From: a virus
Taxonomy: Duplodnaviria; Caudoviricetes
Direction: 5' to 3' (one strand)
Virus record (IMG/VR): IMGVR_UViG_3300006853_000020
Span: 1-54,136 of that record
DNA length: 54,136 bases
Within the stretch, counting starts at the first letter, position 1. Each line of letters opens with the position of its first letter. The translations under genes and the position numbers were made by a program. Shown one piece after another: positions 19,444 through 28,348 of the stretch. The notes beneath the pieces are model-generated. The model was given only the letters and a program-made list of their open reading frames with translations, was not told the DNA's origin and did not search any database.

Positions 19444-19641
19444 TTTCTCACACGATTTCTCACACGAACTCGCACATCTCAGACTAATCACAGGTATAGC
19501 TAAGGCACTGAAATCAAGGAAAATCTAGCGTATTCCGCAGTGAAAACGAAAAAGGCCCACGGGAGGACGCCCGTGGGCAAATCGGGGTATAGCTAGGCGT
19601 TTATGGCGGTTTTTAGGTTGGTAGTACGTATTTCTCACACG
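19444..19641. repeat. Candidate attP region with direct repeats
   Basis: TTTCTCACACG at 19444, 19456, 19631; GGTATAGCTA at 19493, 19586; non-coding gap downstream of int. Confidence 0.5.
19549..19578 (-). terminator. Rho-independent terminator ending the late/lysis transcript
   Basis: GCCCACGGG-cgtcct-CCCGTGGGC followed by CTTTTT on the - strand. Confidence 0.75.
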
Positions 19642-19646
19642 GAAAA

Positions 19647-19802
19647 TCACCTGAACGCCCGAATCAGGCACACAATCCCAAGCACCAGCGCAGCCAAACC
19701 CATAATTGGTTCTGCCCACACTACTTGAATGTTAGTCACCTTGAAGATTCCGAACAGGATGGCCCAGATGCCCAGCAGAATCAGGATGAGTTTGTCGAAC
19801 AT
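19647..19802 (-). CDS. Small two-TM holin-like protein, 51 aa, not in the ORF track
   Basis: MFDKLILILLGIWAILFGIFKVTNIQVVWAEPIMGLAALVLGIVCLIRAFR; AGGAG RBS; last gene before the terminator. Confidence 0.6.
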   Translation of the reverse strand: MFDKLILILLGIWAILFGIFKVTNIQVVWAEPIMGLAALVLGIVCLIRAFR

Positions 19803-19811
19803 GTCAGTCTC

Positions 19812-20129
19812 CTAAGCGGCTTCAGTGGCCATCTCAATCGGACTAAAGTCCGCCAGATGCTCAACTGGGACTGTGAACGGATAATGATCTACAGCCTGCT
19901 CCGAGCGAACAAACACAACGGCGACACCGTTGCGAACTTCTTTGACATAGACCTCGAGTGTCGCCATGCAAGGTGTAGGGATTTCCAATTTAGTGCCACT
20001 GCCTTTGCACTTCGGGTAATTGTGGGCAGGTATTTCATGCCAGCCATCCCACTCATCCGGGTCGTATTGCCATTGGCACACTGGGCACGTTTTCATTCGC
20101 CTCGTCTCCTGTTCGACTTTGCTGGTCAA
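19812..20129 (-). CDS. Hypothetical zinc-finger protein
   Basis: CPVC...H...CKGSG. Confidence 0.5.
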   Translation of the reverse strand: MTSKVEQETRRMKTCPVCQWQYDPDEWDGWHEIPAHNYPKCKGSGTKLEIPTPCMATLEVYVKEVRNGVAVVFVRSEQAVDHYPFTVPVEHLADFSPIEMATEAA

Positions 20130-20689
20130 TGTGGCCTGAACTTAGTCACGAACTTCCATTCTCCTGAACTCTTGTCGCCAACGACATAGAGATCACACAC
20201 CTTAAGTTTCACGTCGGGAAGTTCGCGTGTTTCCTTTGTCAGCACTGGCACATTGGGAATCGTGTGCTTCATCTCGATCTTGGCTGATCCAAGCAGCGCT
20301 TTAAACTTGTCGCCGTGCTTACTGCGCAGGCTGGGCGGCACAAGCATTTCCTCAACCGAATGGCCTACAGCTTCTGGTATCGAGTACCCAAAGAACTTAG
20401 CGGCAGCAAACGACCAGAATGTTATCAATCCTGCTTGATCCGCACCTACTGCGATATCTTCAGCGCCAATGACTTGTCCAAGATTGGCATCTTCCAAGTG
20501 CTTCATTTGCAGTTTGAGTATTTTGATTTCGCCATTCATCGTAGCCATTTTTACTTGGCAGTCTGTGTGCTCGGCCTGCACGGAGTCATGCTTCTTTGTA
20601 AGCTCCTTCATGTCGCTCCATAGCTTGCCGACAGCACCAAAAATAACTGCTGCGATTGCTAAGAATGCTACTTCAGTCATGTGCTTCAC
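20126..20689 (-). CDS. Membrane protein: TM, coiled coil, PAS domain
   Basis: N-terminal TM; heptad segment; D..GLITFWS.AAAKFFGYS..EAVG.SV..LVP...R..H PAS signature. Confidence 0.8.
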   Translation of the reverse strand: MKHMTEVAFLAIAAVIFGAVGKLWSDMKELTKKHDSVQAEHTDCQVKMATMNGEIKILKLQMKHLEDANLGQVIGAEDIAVGADQAGLITFWSFAAAKFFGYSIPEAVGHSVEEMLVPPSLRSKHGDKFKALLGSAKIEMKHTIPNVPVLTKETRELPDVKLKVCDLYVVGDKSSGEWKFVTKFRPH

Positions 20690-20975
20690 ACCGTTTTGAA
20701 GGTATCCACCCCCGGATAGTCAGGGGTGGAAAAGACAAAAGCATCTAAGGAAATTCACAGTGGGATTGCCTTGATGCCACCATCTTTGCAAACCGTGATT
20801 CCGGTGTTTCGTTGCAAAGAGAGCGACTTGGCGGTTTATCGTTGGGCAGTCTTGGCTTACTGCCTGTTGGTCTCAGGGATGGCAACGGCTCTTCATAATC
20901 GTCTATGTAGTCTTCTTCAGCCATCGCCATGACTCGTTTGTATCCACCCCCGGATGTGGGGGCGGATGGGGTTGA

Positions 20976-21689
20976 TTATCGTCTCCGCGAGAACAACCCA
21001 CGCCGAGAGGACTGGGCAGCCGAACCACAGGAGCCAGTGGAACAATCGCCCGTAGAAACTTTCGTGGTGTCAGGAAAGGTTTCAACGACCTTACTTCCTC
21101 TGACAAACAGGTGCATATACCTTTTGCCATCTGATCCACGCACCCACGCCGCCCCAGCATGGCTGTAGTTGTCGTCCATGCAGCATGTCGCCCAGCCCCA
21201 GCTATCATCCAGAGCCCCACAGCCAGCGGAATCCGCATGGGCGCCAGCAGGCAGACAGGCGAAGTCACTCTGCAGATGCCCAGCCCAGAGGTGATTCGCC
21301 CTGGCTTGAGCTGCTGTGAGCGCTGCTTCGGTCAACTGTGGATCGTGCTGGAATGGTGGTAGTCCACGTTTGGCCCGGTACTCGTTCACTTCGGCGAGAG
21401 CGTTAGGGCAGGACTCCGTGGTAGCCGTCGTTGGCTTAGTGGAGTTAGTTGTCTCCGTCACCTTCCAAACCGTCTCGTTGCTGACAACAGTCCACGCCCA
21501 AGCAGCGCGGCCACGGGCTTTTTGGGCGGATGCGGTAAGGCCAGCAGTTAGACAGGTGGACAGGATGAGCAGGGAAATGATCGTTTTTTTCAAGTCAATT
21601 CTCCTTAGGTGGTTTCGGTAGCACTCCAAACCATTCAAGAAACATCCGCCCCAGTTCTCGAAGGAGAACCAGGGTGAGTAGTACATCAA
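20976..21689 (-). CDS. Secreted CAP/SCP-domain protein
   Basis: Signal-like segment; EVNEYRAKRGLPP..HDPQLT.AA...A; start probably internal. Confidence 0.75.
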   Translation of the reverse strand: MMYYSPWFSFENWGGCFLNGLECYRNHLRRIDLKKTIISLLILSTCLTAGLTASAQKARGRAAWAWTVVSNETVWKVTETTNSTKPTTATTESCPNALAEVNEYRAKRGLPPFQHDPQLTEAALTAAQARANHLWAGHLQSDFACLPAGAHADSAGCGALDDSWGWATCCMDDNYSHAGAAWVRGSDGKRYMHLFVRGSKVVETFPDTTKVSTGDCSTGSCGSAAQSSRRGLFSRRR

Positions 21690-21817
21690 CGATGAGACGT
21701 TGCTTTCGGGTCATTAATCACCACTAAAAATGATGATTAAGAGAAACGGAAGGAACGCGATACGTTCAGACAGACTCATCACGTCCCTGTCTGCATTAAT
21801 TAGCCAGTGCCAAATGA

Positions 21818-22273
21818 TCATTCGTCATCTTCCTCGTCATCCTCGTCGTCGATGTCAGGCGGGGCAGTAGCGACAGCCTGACTAACAACTGCAAACGTAG
21901 CACCGCCAAGACGGGCTCTATCAAGCAGCATAATTGCAGCTTCTTCCTGTTGACTCTTGTCGAGCAGCATTCGAGGCGTTTGCTTCTTGCCCGCTTTTCG
22001 TGCTTGCTTCATTGCTCGTCTTAGTAATGGCCGGTCATAGCCACGACTTGATGAGTATCGAGCATTAACATAGTTCTTGAGCGCGGATGCAGCATTGGCC
22101 GGATCAGGCTTCTGGCAATTGATTAACTGCTGAATCATCGACATGATGAACGCAAGGATCGAAGGCAGCGGGAGCGCACTATAGCCCACTGTTTCTCTTT
22201 GCAATCTCAAGGCGATGTCCGTGGCTTTTGCCCTTAGTTCGGTAGAGTCAACAGTGGTGTGTTCCATCGGCAC
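21818..22273 (-). CDS. Hypothetical lysis-region protein
   Basis: Hydrophobic helix ending in Cys, acidic tail; co-oriented with the protease. Confidence 0.55.
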   Translation of the reverse strand: MPMEHTTVDSTELRAKATDIALRLQRETVGYSALPLPSILAFIMSMIQQLINCQKPDPANAASALKNYVNARYSSSRGYDRPLLRRAMKQARKAGKKQTPRMLLDKSQQEEAAIMLLDRARLGGATFAVVSQAVATAPPDIDDEDDEEDDE

Positions 22274-22284
22274 AGAGAATCCTC

Positions 22285-23091
22285 CTAGTTACATGAAGCG
22301 TTGATAACCCGGATGGCAACGGCGCCATCCGGAATAGCCTTTTGGCCTTGAAGAACGAATGACCCAAGTTCGCCCCAACCGTCCGTCCACGAGTTGTCAC
22401 CTTCAGGACAGAAGCTGCCTGGCTCAACTTCGCGAGGAGTGTGAAGGTTCACGCTGTGCCCCCACCAGTTGAAGTCAGCAGCAACTGGAATACGCAGCAA
22501 CAGCAAAGTAAACATCTGATCGAAACTCAACTGCTGGTCATAGACGGCAACATTTGCGTCATACCAGCCTTCAGTGATAATGTTTTCTGCTGCGTTCTCC
22601 CAAACAGCGGGCTTGTCATTGGCCCGGTTCATTGACTTCTCTGGCCAAACATCAACAGACGGCACACCGCGACGACGAATGAACTCTAACGACAAGCCGC
22701 ACCAACCACCCTCATCACGAAACCCCTTGACCATGCAAGCCACGGCATGGGCCGAGAGCCGTTTGTAGGGCTGGTTCATAATCGCCCGCTGATACATCAC
22801 AGCACGAGTTACTGAATATGCCCAGCAATACCCCTGCCCGTTTTGGTCGAGCGTTGGCATCTGCTGCCCGTTGGCTGCATACTTCCGGATGTCAGCAAGT
22901 GACGACTGTGTTCCCTCCATCTCTTTGATTCGGGCAGACCACTCATGCCGGGGGATTACTTTCAACTGATCGGGTGCGTCGCCAAAGATAGACTTCAGCC
23001 CGGTCGAAGTAACTTGTGATTGGTCATATCCACGGCCAAACATCTTGGGATAAATGAGGTCTGATTTCGTCGAGTCGTTGATGATGAACAT
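22285..23091 (-). CDS. Papain-like (C1) cysteine protease
   Basis: DQNGQGYCWAYS (Gln, Cys), WGHSV (His), DNSWTDGWGELG (Asn). Confidence 0.88.
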   Translation of the reverse strand: MFIINDSTKSDLIYPKMFGRGYDQSQVTSTGLKSIFGDAPDQLKVIPRHEWSARIKEMEGTQSSLADIRKYAANGQQMPTLDQNGQGYCWAYSVTRAVMYQRAIMNQPYKRLSAHAVACMVKGFRDEGGWCGLSLEFIRRRGVPSVDVWPEKSMNRANDKPAVWENAAENIITEGWYDANVAVYDQQLSFDQMFTLLLLRIPVAADFNWWGHSVNLHTPREVEPGSFCPEGDNSWTDGWGELGSFVLQGQKAIPDGAVAIRVINASCN

Positions 23092-23957
23092 TAGTTGCCC
23101 CCATATTGCTTGAGCTTCTTCATCAACTCGGCAACGTTGACTGGCAGTGGTCCCTCAAAGCCATCAACTCCATTACTAATCACGATCCACGGAAGAGACT
23201 GGCGAGGCCTGGCCATAGCGTCCTGCCAAACCTTGGATTCGCGGGTGACGTTCGTCTGTTGGTCGTACACCCGCCACTCAGGTTGATTGCCATCCTTTGC
23301 ACACTTTAAATTCATGTACTCGCGGACTTCGCGAGCATTGATTGCAGAGATCTGAGAGGAAGGTAGATTGCTCAGGTCTTTCGACTCAAGCACAATCAAA
23401 ACGCGTAGGCCTTGTGTTGGAATAGGAGGAGGATTTGGCGGTTGCGGCTCAGGAGGCTGAGGCCCTGGTGGCGTGGGTGGTGGCTGTGGTCCTGCCCCAA
23501 TCGTTATCAACTTCTCAACAACCGTAACAATCGAGTTGCCATCCTCGCTAATGCCAAGCACTGTCACCCAAGACGTACCATTCTTGGTGGCCTTCAATCG
23601 CCAGTAGTCGTCAGGCTGGGGCGGAAACTCATACTCCTTGATGCCGGTGTCACCTACGCGAGTTCCATCAATCATCAGCACAACGCCAGCGGGAACCGTT
23701 CGCAGGGCTAATACCGTGGGGTCACTCAGCTTGAGCAGCAGCTTTGTGCCCGGCTTTGTTTTGATCGTACTGCCACGCTCAAATATCTGGAACTGGCCAA
23801 CGTCCCACTTCTCGCCAGCCTTGGCACCATCAATGAGCTTCTGCGCTTTGTCCAGCGCTTCCTGATTGACACCTTCGCCAAGACGGATCGCTCCAGGTAT
23901 CTGCCCCCAGACCCACGCCGGCAACAACAGAAGTAGCAGCAACGCTAATCGTTTCAC
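23091..23957 (-). CDS. Exported protein with Pro-rich linker and probable thioredoxin-like C-terminal domain
   Basis: Sec signal MKRLALLLLLLLPAWVWG; PQPPPTPPGPQPP linker; SLPWIVIS...EGPLP; overlaps the protease start. Confidence 0.65.
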   Translation of the reverse strand: MKRLALLLLLLLPAWVWGQIPGAIRLGEGVNQEALDKAQKLIDGAKAGEKWDVGQFQIFERGSTIKTKPGTKLLLKLSDPTVLALRTVPAGVVLMIDGTRVGDTGIKEYEFPPQPDDYWRLKATKNGTSWVTVLGISEDGNSIVTVVEKLITIGAGPQPPPTPPGPQPPEPQPPNPPPIPTQGLRVLIVLESKDLSNLPSSQISAINAREVREYMNLKCAKDGNQPEWRVYDQQTNVTRESKVWQDAMARPRQSLPWIVISNGVDGFEGPLPVNVAELMKKLKQYGGN

Positions 23958-24247
23958 TTTCGCTCCTTCCGTTGGGACACCATTCCACGTTCACATGGTA
24001 GAAAATGGTGAGATATCAGTGCAAAAGTAAGACCAAGAGCGATACCAATTAACAACACAGGAATCCAATCAGTCATAGTTGCTTCTCCATTAACAATGTT
24101 GTCGATCCTTCCAGTTATCGCACTGCCGAACTTCGCCCAAATAGTTGGTTCCAAACACCAGGTCAGCCGCACTCATCAGGATCACCACGGCAAGAGGAAT
24201 GATGAAATCGAGGACTTGGGTGGCGTAGGTGGAGAGGGTTTGATTAG

Positions 24248-24621
24248 TCATTTGTCGTGTGTGCCTTCCACACCGCGAGCGAGTCGGTCTCTTGTTCGTT
24301 TCTGAAGCCACATCATGGCCTCTTGAATCTTGGTCAGAGCAACAGCGTTTTCGCGGCAGGCATAAGGGCCGGACTGAAAACCGATCAACCGATCTTCCAC
24401 GATAGCCAGCAAAGCTTCATGGGTTACACCATTGGTGCCAACTTCTTTGATTGGGCCATTCTGGAAACGGACAGGAAACCGTGTTGCTTCAGACTCTTTC
24501 CCCCCATCAGGCAACACTACCTCATAGCATGACAGGCATTTCCTTGCCCTGGCTCATCGTGAACCTCAATACGCAGTTGCTCATTACACTCATTGACTTT
24601 GTGATTCACTAGCTCTCGCAT
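24248..24621 (-). pseudogene. tad1: Tad1-like anti-defence nucleotide sponge with a 1-nt frameshift near 24527
   Basis: FQNGPIKE.G.NGV...LL.IV.DRL..FQSGPY.CREN..ALT...EA.MWL..R..DR..RGV.GT matches Tad1; the N-terminus MRELVNH...EPGQGNACH with GAGGAGG RBS is in another frame. Confidence 0.8.
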
Positions 24622-24924
24622 TTCCGCGCCTCCTCGAAATGGTTATCTAAATGTTCAGAAGCAGGAAGATCACCACCCAGATGACCAGGCCCAGCAGGAT
24701 TCCGTTGAAACAGCCGCGGGCTTCGTTCATGTCTTTTCCGCTTTCGGTGTCGGCGTCCTCACCGTAGCCACAGGTCCGGCTATGAGTCAGGGCAGCCAGT
24801 CTTAACTATTGCCCAGTTGGTACTGCACTGCCCTCCGGCAGCAGGGCATGGAGGATCACAATTTCCTGCAAGAAACTCAAGCTGTCCGTTGATGCACACG
24901 TGATAGCATGCGTGCTCTTCCATG

Positions 24925-25230
24925 TCATTTCTCCATAAGTGCCACAACCATGTTCATCGCTTCATTAGCGGCATTGACATTGCCGTTTCTCAAGAGGACG
25001 ATTCCCAAGGCAAGGAAGTAGAACGGCTTCTTACTAACATCCTCGCTCGCCTGCCATTCGTGGAGATGCTTGGACGCCTCAAAGCTATTACCGACTTTCA
25101 GGGCTGCTGCAATCTGGCTGCTGTAGTGTTTCTCGCCCATTGACCACCCCACGTAGAAGATAAGAACAGCCAGACCGGACACTATCAGGAAAAGACCTGA
25201 CACTACCATAGGCCTCATCCATTTGTTCAT
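24925..25230 (-). CDS. Membrane protein
   Basis: Hydrophobic N-terminal helix; coupled to the upstream gene. Confidence 0.55.
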   Translation of the reverse strand: MNKWMRPMVVSGLFLIVSGLAVLIFYVGWSMGEKHYSSQIAAALKVGNSFEASKHLHEWQASEDVSKKPFYFLALGIVLLRNGNVNAANEAMNMVVALMEK

Positions 25231-25733
25231 GGCTGCTTTCTGTCGATTTCCCTCTGATCCTTCATCCCTTCATCACGACTCTTTTCCTTCTCCAGGGAAA
25301 GCAGTCTTGTCATTCGCCCATTGATGTCGGTCTTCGTCTCCTGTGCTATCTCTTTTGCCTCCTTGGTTATTACAGTGTTCTCCTCGACAGCTTCTTTTGT
25401 GCCCTTAACGTCTGACTTGACAACCTTCATATCCCTCTGCAGCCTGTAGTTCATGTAAGTGCTGAACATCGACGGGAGCGACAATATGAATTGGACACCA
25501 AGAACTGAGAGCAAGCCTATCCATAGTTTGGTGTTGTCTTCCGATGGCTGTGGTGATACTTGGGCCATAACTGCCTGCTGGGAAAGCAACGCCTCGGTAT
25601 CAACGTACGCTTTCCCGATCAGGAAAAGACCAGCCGCCAGAACGATGGCAGCCAGCAGTACCAGCAGCAAGAACCCAGTCTTTCCACGTCTCATTCCGCA
25701 ACCTCGTTGGCGAGGGTAATTCCATGCGTTCAA
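25227..25733 (-). CDS. Two-TM, coiled-coil protein (holin/antiholin-like)
   Basis: Two hydrophobic segments; charged C-terminus with INGRMTRLL; start may be MRRGK at 25694. Confidence 0.55.
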   Translation of the reverse strand: MNAWNYPRQRGCGMRRGKTGFLLLVLLAAIVLAAGLFLIGKAYVDTEALLSQQAVMAQVSPQPSEDNTKLWIGLLSVLGVQFILSLPSMFSTYMNYRLQRDMKVVKSDVKGTKEAVEENTVITKEAKEIAQETKTDINGRMTRLLSLEKEKSRDEGMKDQREIDRKQP

Positions 25734-25831
25734 TATTGCATGAAACTTCAGAACTGTCTAAAATCTCTGGAACTGACAGGTAGTGCAAGGATTGGCCCAC
25801 ACTACCCGCCAGTACCAAGGAGGAGCCGTCG

Positions 25832-26482
25832 ATGGGCTCTCATGTACCGAGACTAACATCGGTATCAGTGGGGCAAATACAGGCGGTACAGAAGTATATT
25901 CAAAAAACTTTCTGGCCCGTGGAACTGCAACCGATACCCCCACGAACGAAGATTGTTATCAGGGAACAAGACTCTTGGCAGGTGCTCAAGCAGAAGTGTG
26001 ATTACTTACGGCGAGAGATGAAGGATAGGGATCGGTATATTTCCAAACAGGATTCGCTGATTGCAAAATGTGATAAGTTCATCGACCAATGCACGATGAA
26101 ACTGCCCAAAGTAGGGCGAGTGCCAAGCGTCCGGTGTGCTGATTGTCGCAAGCCACATCCCTTAACCGATTACAACCTGCGAGTTCCAAGGAATACTACC
26201 GCCGAGCACTGGCTGGTACTGCCCTATTGCAAGAGCTGCAGGCGCAAGAGGCAGACCCGGGCCGATCAAGAGGCAAGACGGATCGCCAAACAGGTTGACG
26301 AAGGAGAACACGTTACCGAGATGGCGGGAATGATGGTATCCCGGCTGAAGGGGTATCTGGAGCGGAGCGCGGAGCAGTCGAGAGTCACGGTATTCAGCCA
26401 GTCATCACGAGGGCGGCGGGTGTATCGGGGTAGCTGTCCGGAAGATGACGAGGATGGTGATGGCGACTGGGGAGACGATTAG
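25832..26482 (+). CDS. Hypothetical protein with coiled coil and CxxC..CxxC, opposite strand
   Basis: CADC and CKSC; acidic tail; start uncertain. Confidence 0.55.
   Translation: MGSHVPRLTSVSVGQIQAVQKYIQKTFWPVELQPIPPRTKIVIREQDSWQVLKQKCDYLRREMKDRDRYISKQDSLIAKCDKFIDQCTMKLPKVGRVPSVRCADCRKPHPLTDYNLRVPRNTTAEHWLVLPYCKSCRRKRQTRADQEARRIAKQVDEGEHVTEMAGMMVSRLKGYLERSAEQSRVTVFSQSSRGRRVYRGSCPEDDEDGDGDWGDD
25850..25867 (-). promoter_or_regulatory. Late element TGATACCGATGT-TAGTCT (lysis region)
   Basis: Motif copy; ATG 6 nt downstream at 25843. Confidence 0.8.
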
Positions 26483-26720
26483 CCCTTCTTGCACATCCAG
26501 GCCTTTATTCTGTAACCGGACACCCCGCCTAGCCCGTCATTTATCGACACGATCTCCCAACCAAGCAGTCTAAGAATTGGGTTGGCGATCACTTTCCACA
26601 AGGGGCGATGACATCTGCCCGATGAAAAAATTGGAATTCGACTTCCATCTGGAAGAACAATCAAGTTAGAACGATCTTCGATTGGTGCCCAAGTAATCCA
26701 TTTCATCGCGCAACTCCCAA

Positions 26721-27506
26721 CTAAGCCTGCAACCACAGATTCCGCATGACCGGCTTCAACAGGTCATCAATCGAAATATCCACCGTCAAGCCATCAGTGG
26801 TGATATCCCGCAGTCGAAAACTCTTGGCAATAGCCCCAGCGAAGAACTGAGCATCAGGGTAACGGGCAGGCTCCCACTCCATGACGATGATGATGTTCGG
26901 GTTGCGGTCGATGGTCTTCTGCATGCCATCCCAAGCGTCCCGTTCGCCACCTTCGATGTCCATTTTGATGAAGTCGATCTTATCCTCTTCACCATCTATT
27001 GTTACAACTGAGACGTTTTCCTCACCATTTGGAGAAAGCCTGCTGCCTCCCCCATCAGTGCGGAGAAATCTGCCATCAGTGTCTTCGTTTCCGGCTGCCT
27101 CTTGATAACATTTCACCCAGTGCTGCCCATTGGCTCGTACGGAACGCTCGCACAACACAACATGTCGATGGTTCGGTTCAAAAGCAATCACCTTGCCAGT
27201 AGGTCCCACCAGATCAGCCATCAGCACTGTGTAGTAACCACACCATGCTCCAACGTCCAAGCACGTCCACCCGGGCTGGATGGCCCGGCCAATGGCCATT
27301 GTAACCCAAGGCTCCCAGTAGCCATCGAGCATGAGCCAGGGAGCCATGTCGTAATTCAAAGGGTCAACGTACATGTTGAACCGATTGATAACTCGACACA
27401 ATACCGCATCGCCTAGGAAAGCAGTCCTGGCATTTGCCCGGCAAGCGTTTTCGATCTGGTCTCGGTTGTGGTTCATCAGTTCTCTAGTTGTCATGATGTC
27501 ACGCAA
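26721..27506 (-). CDS. FkbM-family SAM-dependent methyltransferase
   Basis: LDVGAWCGYYT, AFEP, IDFIKMDIEGGE. Confidence 0.9.
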   Translation of the reverse strand: MRDIMTTRELMNHNRDQIENACRANARTAFLGDAVLCRVINRFNMYVDPLNYDMAPWLMLDGYWEPWVTMAIGRAIQPGWTCLDVGAWCGYYTVLMADLVGPTGKVIAFEPNHRHVVLCERSVRANGQHWVKCYQEAAGNEDTDGRFLRTDGGGSRLSPNGEENVSVVTIDGEEDKIDFIKMDIEGGERDAWDGMQKTIDRNPNIIIVMEWEPARYPDAQFFAGAIAKSFRLRDITTDGLTVDISIDDLLKPVMRNLWLQA

Positions 27507-28348
27507 TCCTTTCGACTTTTACAGTTACCGCAGGGGATGCGCCTGTCTGTCTTGTGCCACATATCTCGGATTTGAATCATCTCGGCGGATTCCCAGACCT
27601 GTTTCAATGTTCGTTCACCAATATTGCCTAATCCCCAATCATCCATGCCCACGCAGCACGGAATAACTGTACCGTCCGCTGTGACCATTAGATAGCGATT
27701 CGGCATGTCGCACTCAGCACTCATTGACCGTGGAGTAGCCAAGGTTTCGCACAACACCTTGGGATGCCCTGCCATCTCTGGGCGTAGAAAACCATTGATC
27801 GGTAGAGAATTGGGCCATGTTCGTGGCTGCTTCAAATAGAGAAAGATGTTGGGTCTGATAGTGTAGGGGAATAGCTCGTCCATTAGCCGATGGTAGTGCG
27901 GTTGAGCACCTTCTGAGCAAACCATCTGAATATAAACGCGGTAATTCTGCGATGGCTGCGATAAGTACAGTTGAGCATTCGTGAGACATCGTTCCACGAA
28001 GTCATTTTTCGCCGTCCACGGGACAGATAGAATCAAGTTGAGTTTCTTAAACTTCCGTAGATCATCAGCCAACTCGGGAAGCTTTAAGCAATTGGTACTT
28101 AGCCAGTATTCCGGGATGATGGATTCAGCAAGCCTGAGAATGCTGATAAGGTCTGTGTGTAGCGTAGCTTCACCTACACCATGATAATTCATCGTTCGCA
28201 CACCGAGCGATGCACATTCCCGAATAAGACGAAATGCCAATTCCGTTGGCATGGATTTACGTTTCGTGGTTCGTTGCTGCCAGGTGCAATAATCGCAGAC
28301 GGTATTACAACTACTCATTAACTCCAAGTGTACTTCATCCAGCTTCAT
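27491..28348 (-). CDS. Radical SAM protein with SPASM/twitch domain
   Basis: CNTVCDYC; HGVGE; STN; C..P...L.V..DG.V.PCC...LGN.....L..VW...C..C. Confidence 0.9.
   Translation of the reverse strand: MKLDEVHLELMSSCNTVCDYCTWQQRTTKRKSMPTELAFRLIRECASLGVRTMNYHGVGEATLHTDLISILRLAESIIPEYWLSTNCLKLPELADDLRKFKKLNLILSVPWTAKNDFVERCLTNAQLYLSQPSQNYRVYIQMVCSEGAQPHYHRLMDELFPYTIRPNIFLYLKQPRTWPNSLPINGFLRPEMAGHPKVLCETLATPRSMSAECDMPNRYLMVTADGTVIPCCVGMDDWGLGNIGERTLKQVWESAEMIQIRDMWHKTDRRIPCGNCKSRKDCVTS

Noticed and set aside
23425-23497. GGC/GGT-rich repetitive stretch
   Set aside because: Encodes the Pro-rich protein linker; not a DNA repeat element
24517-24531. Stop-codon reassignment suggested by the TAG in the Tad1-like gene
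   Set aside because: The downstream homology is in a different frame, and long conserved genes translate intact in the standard code
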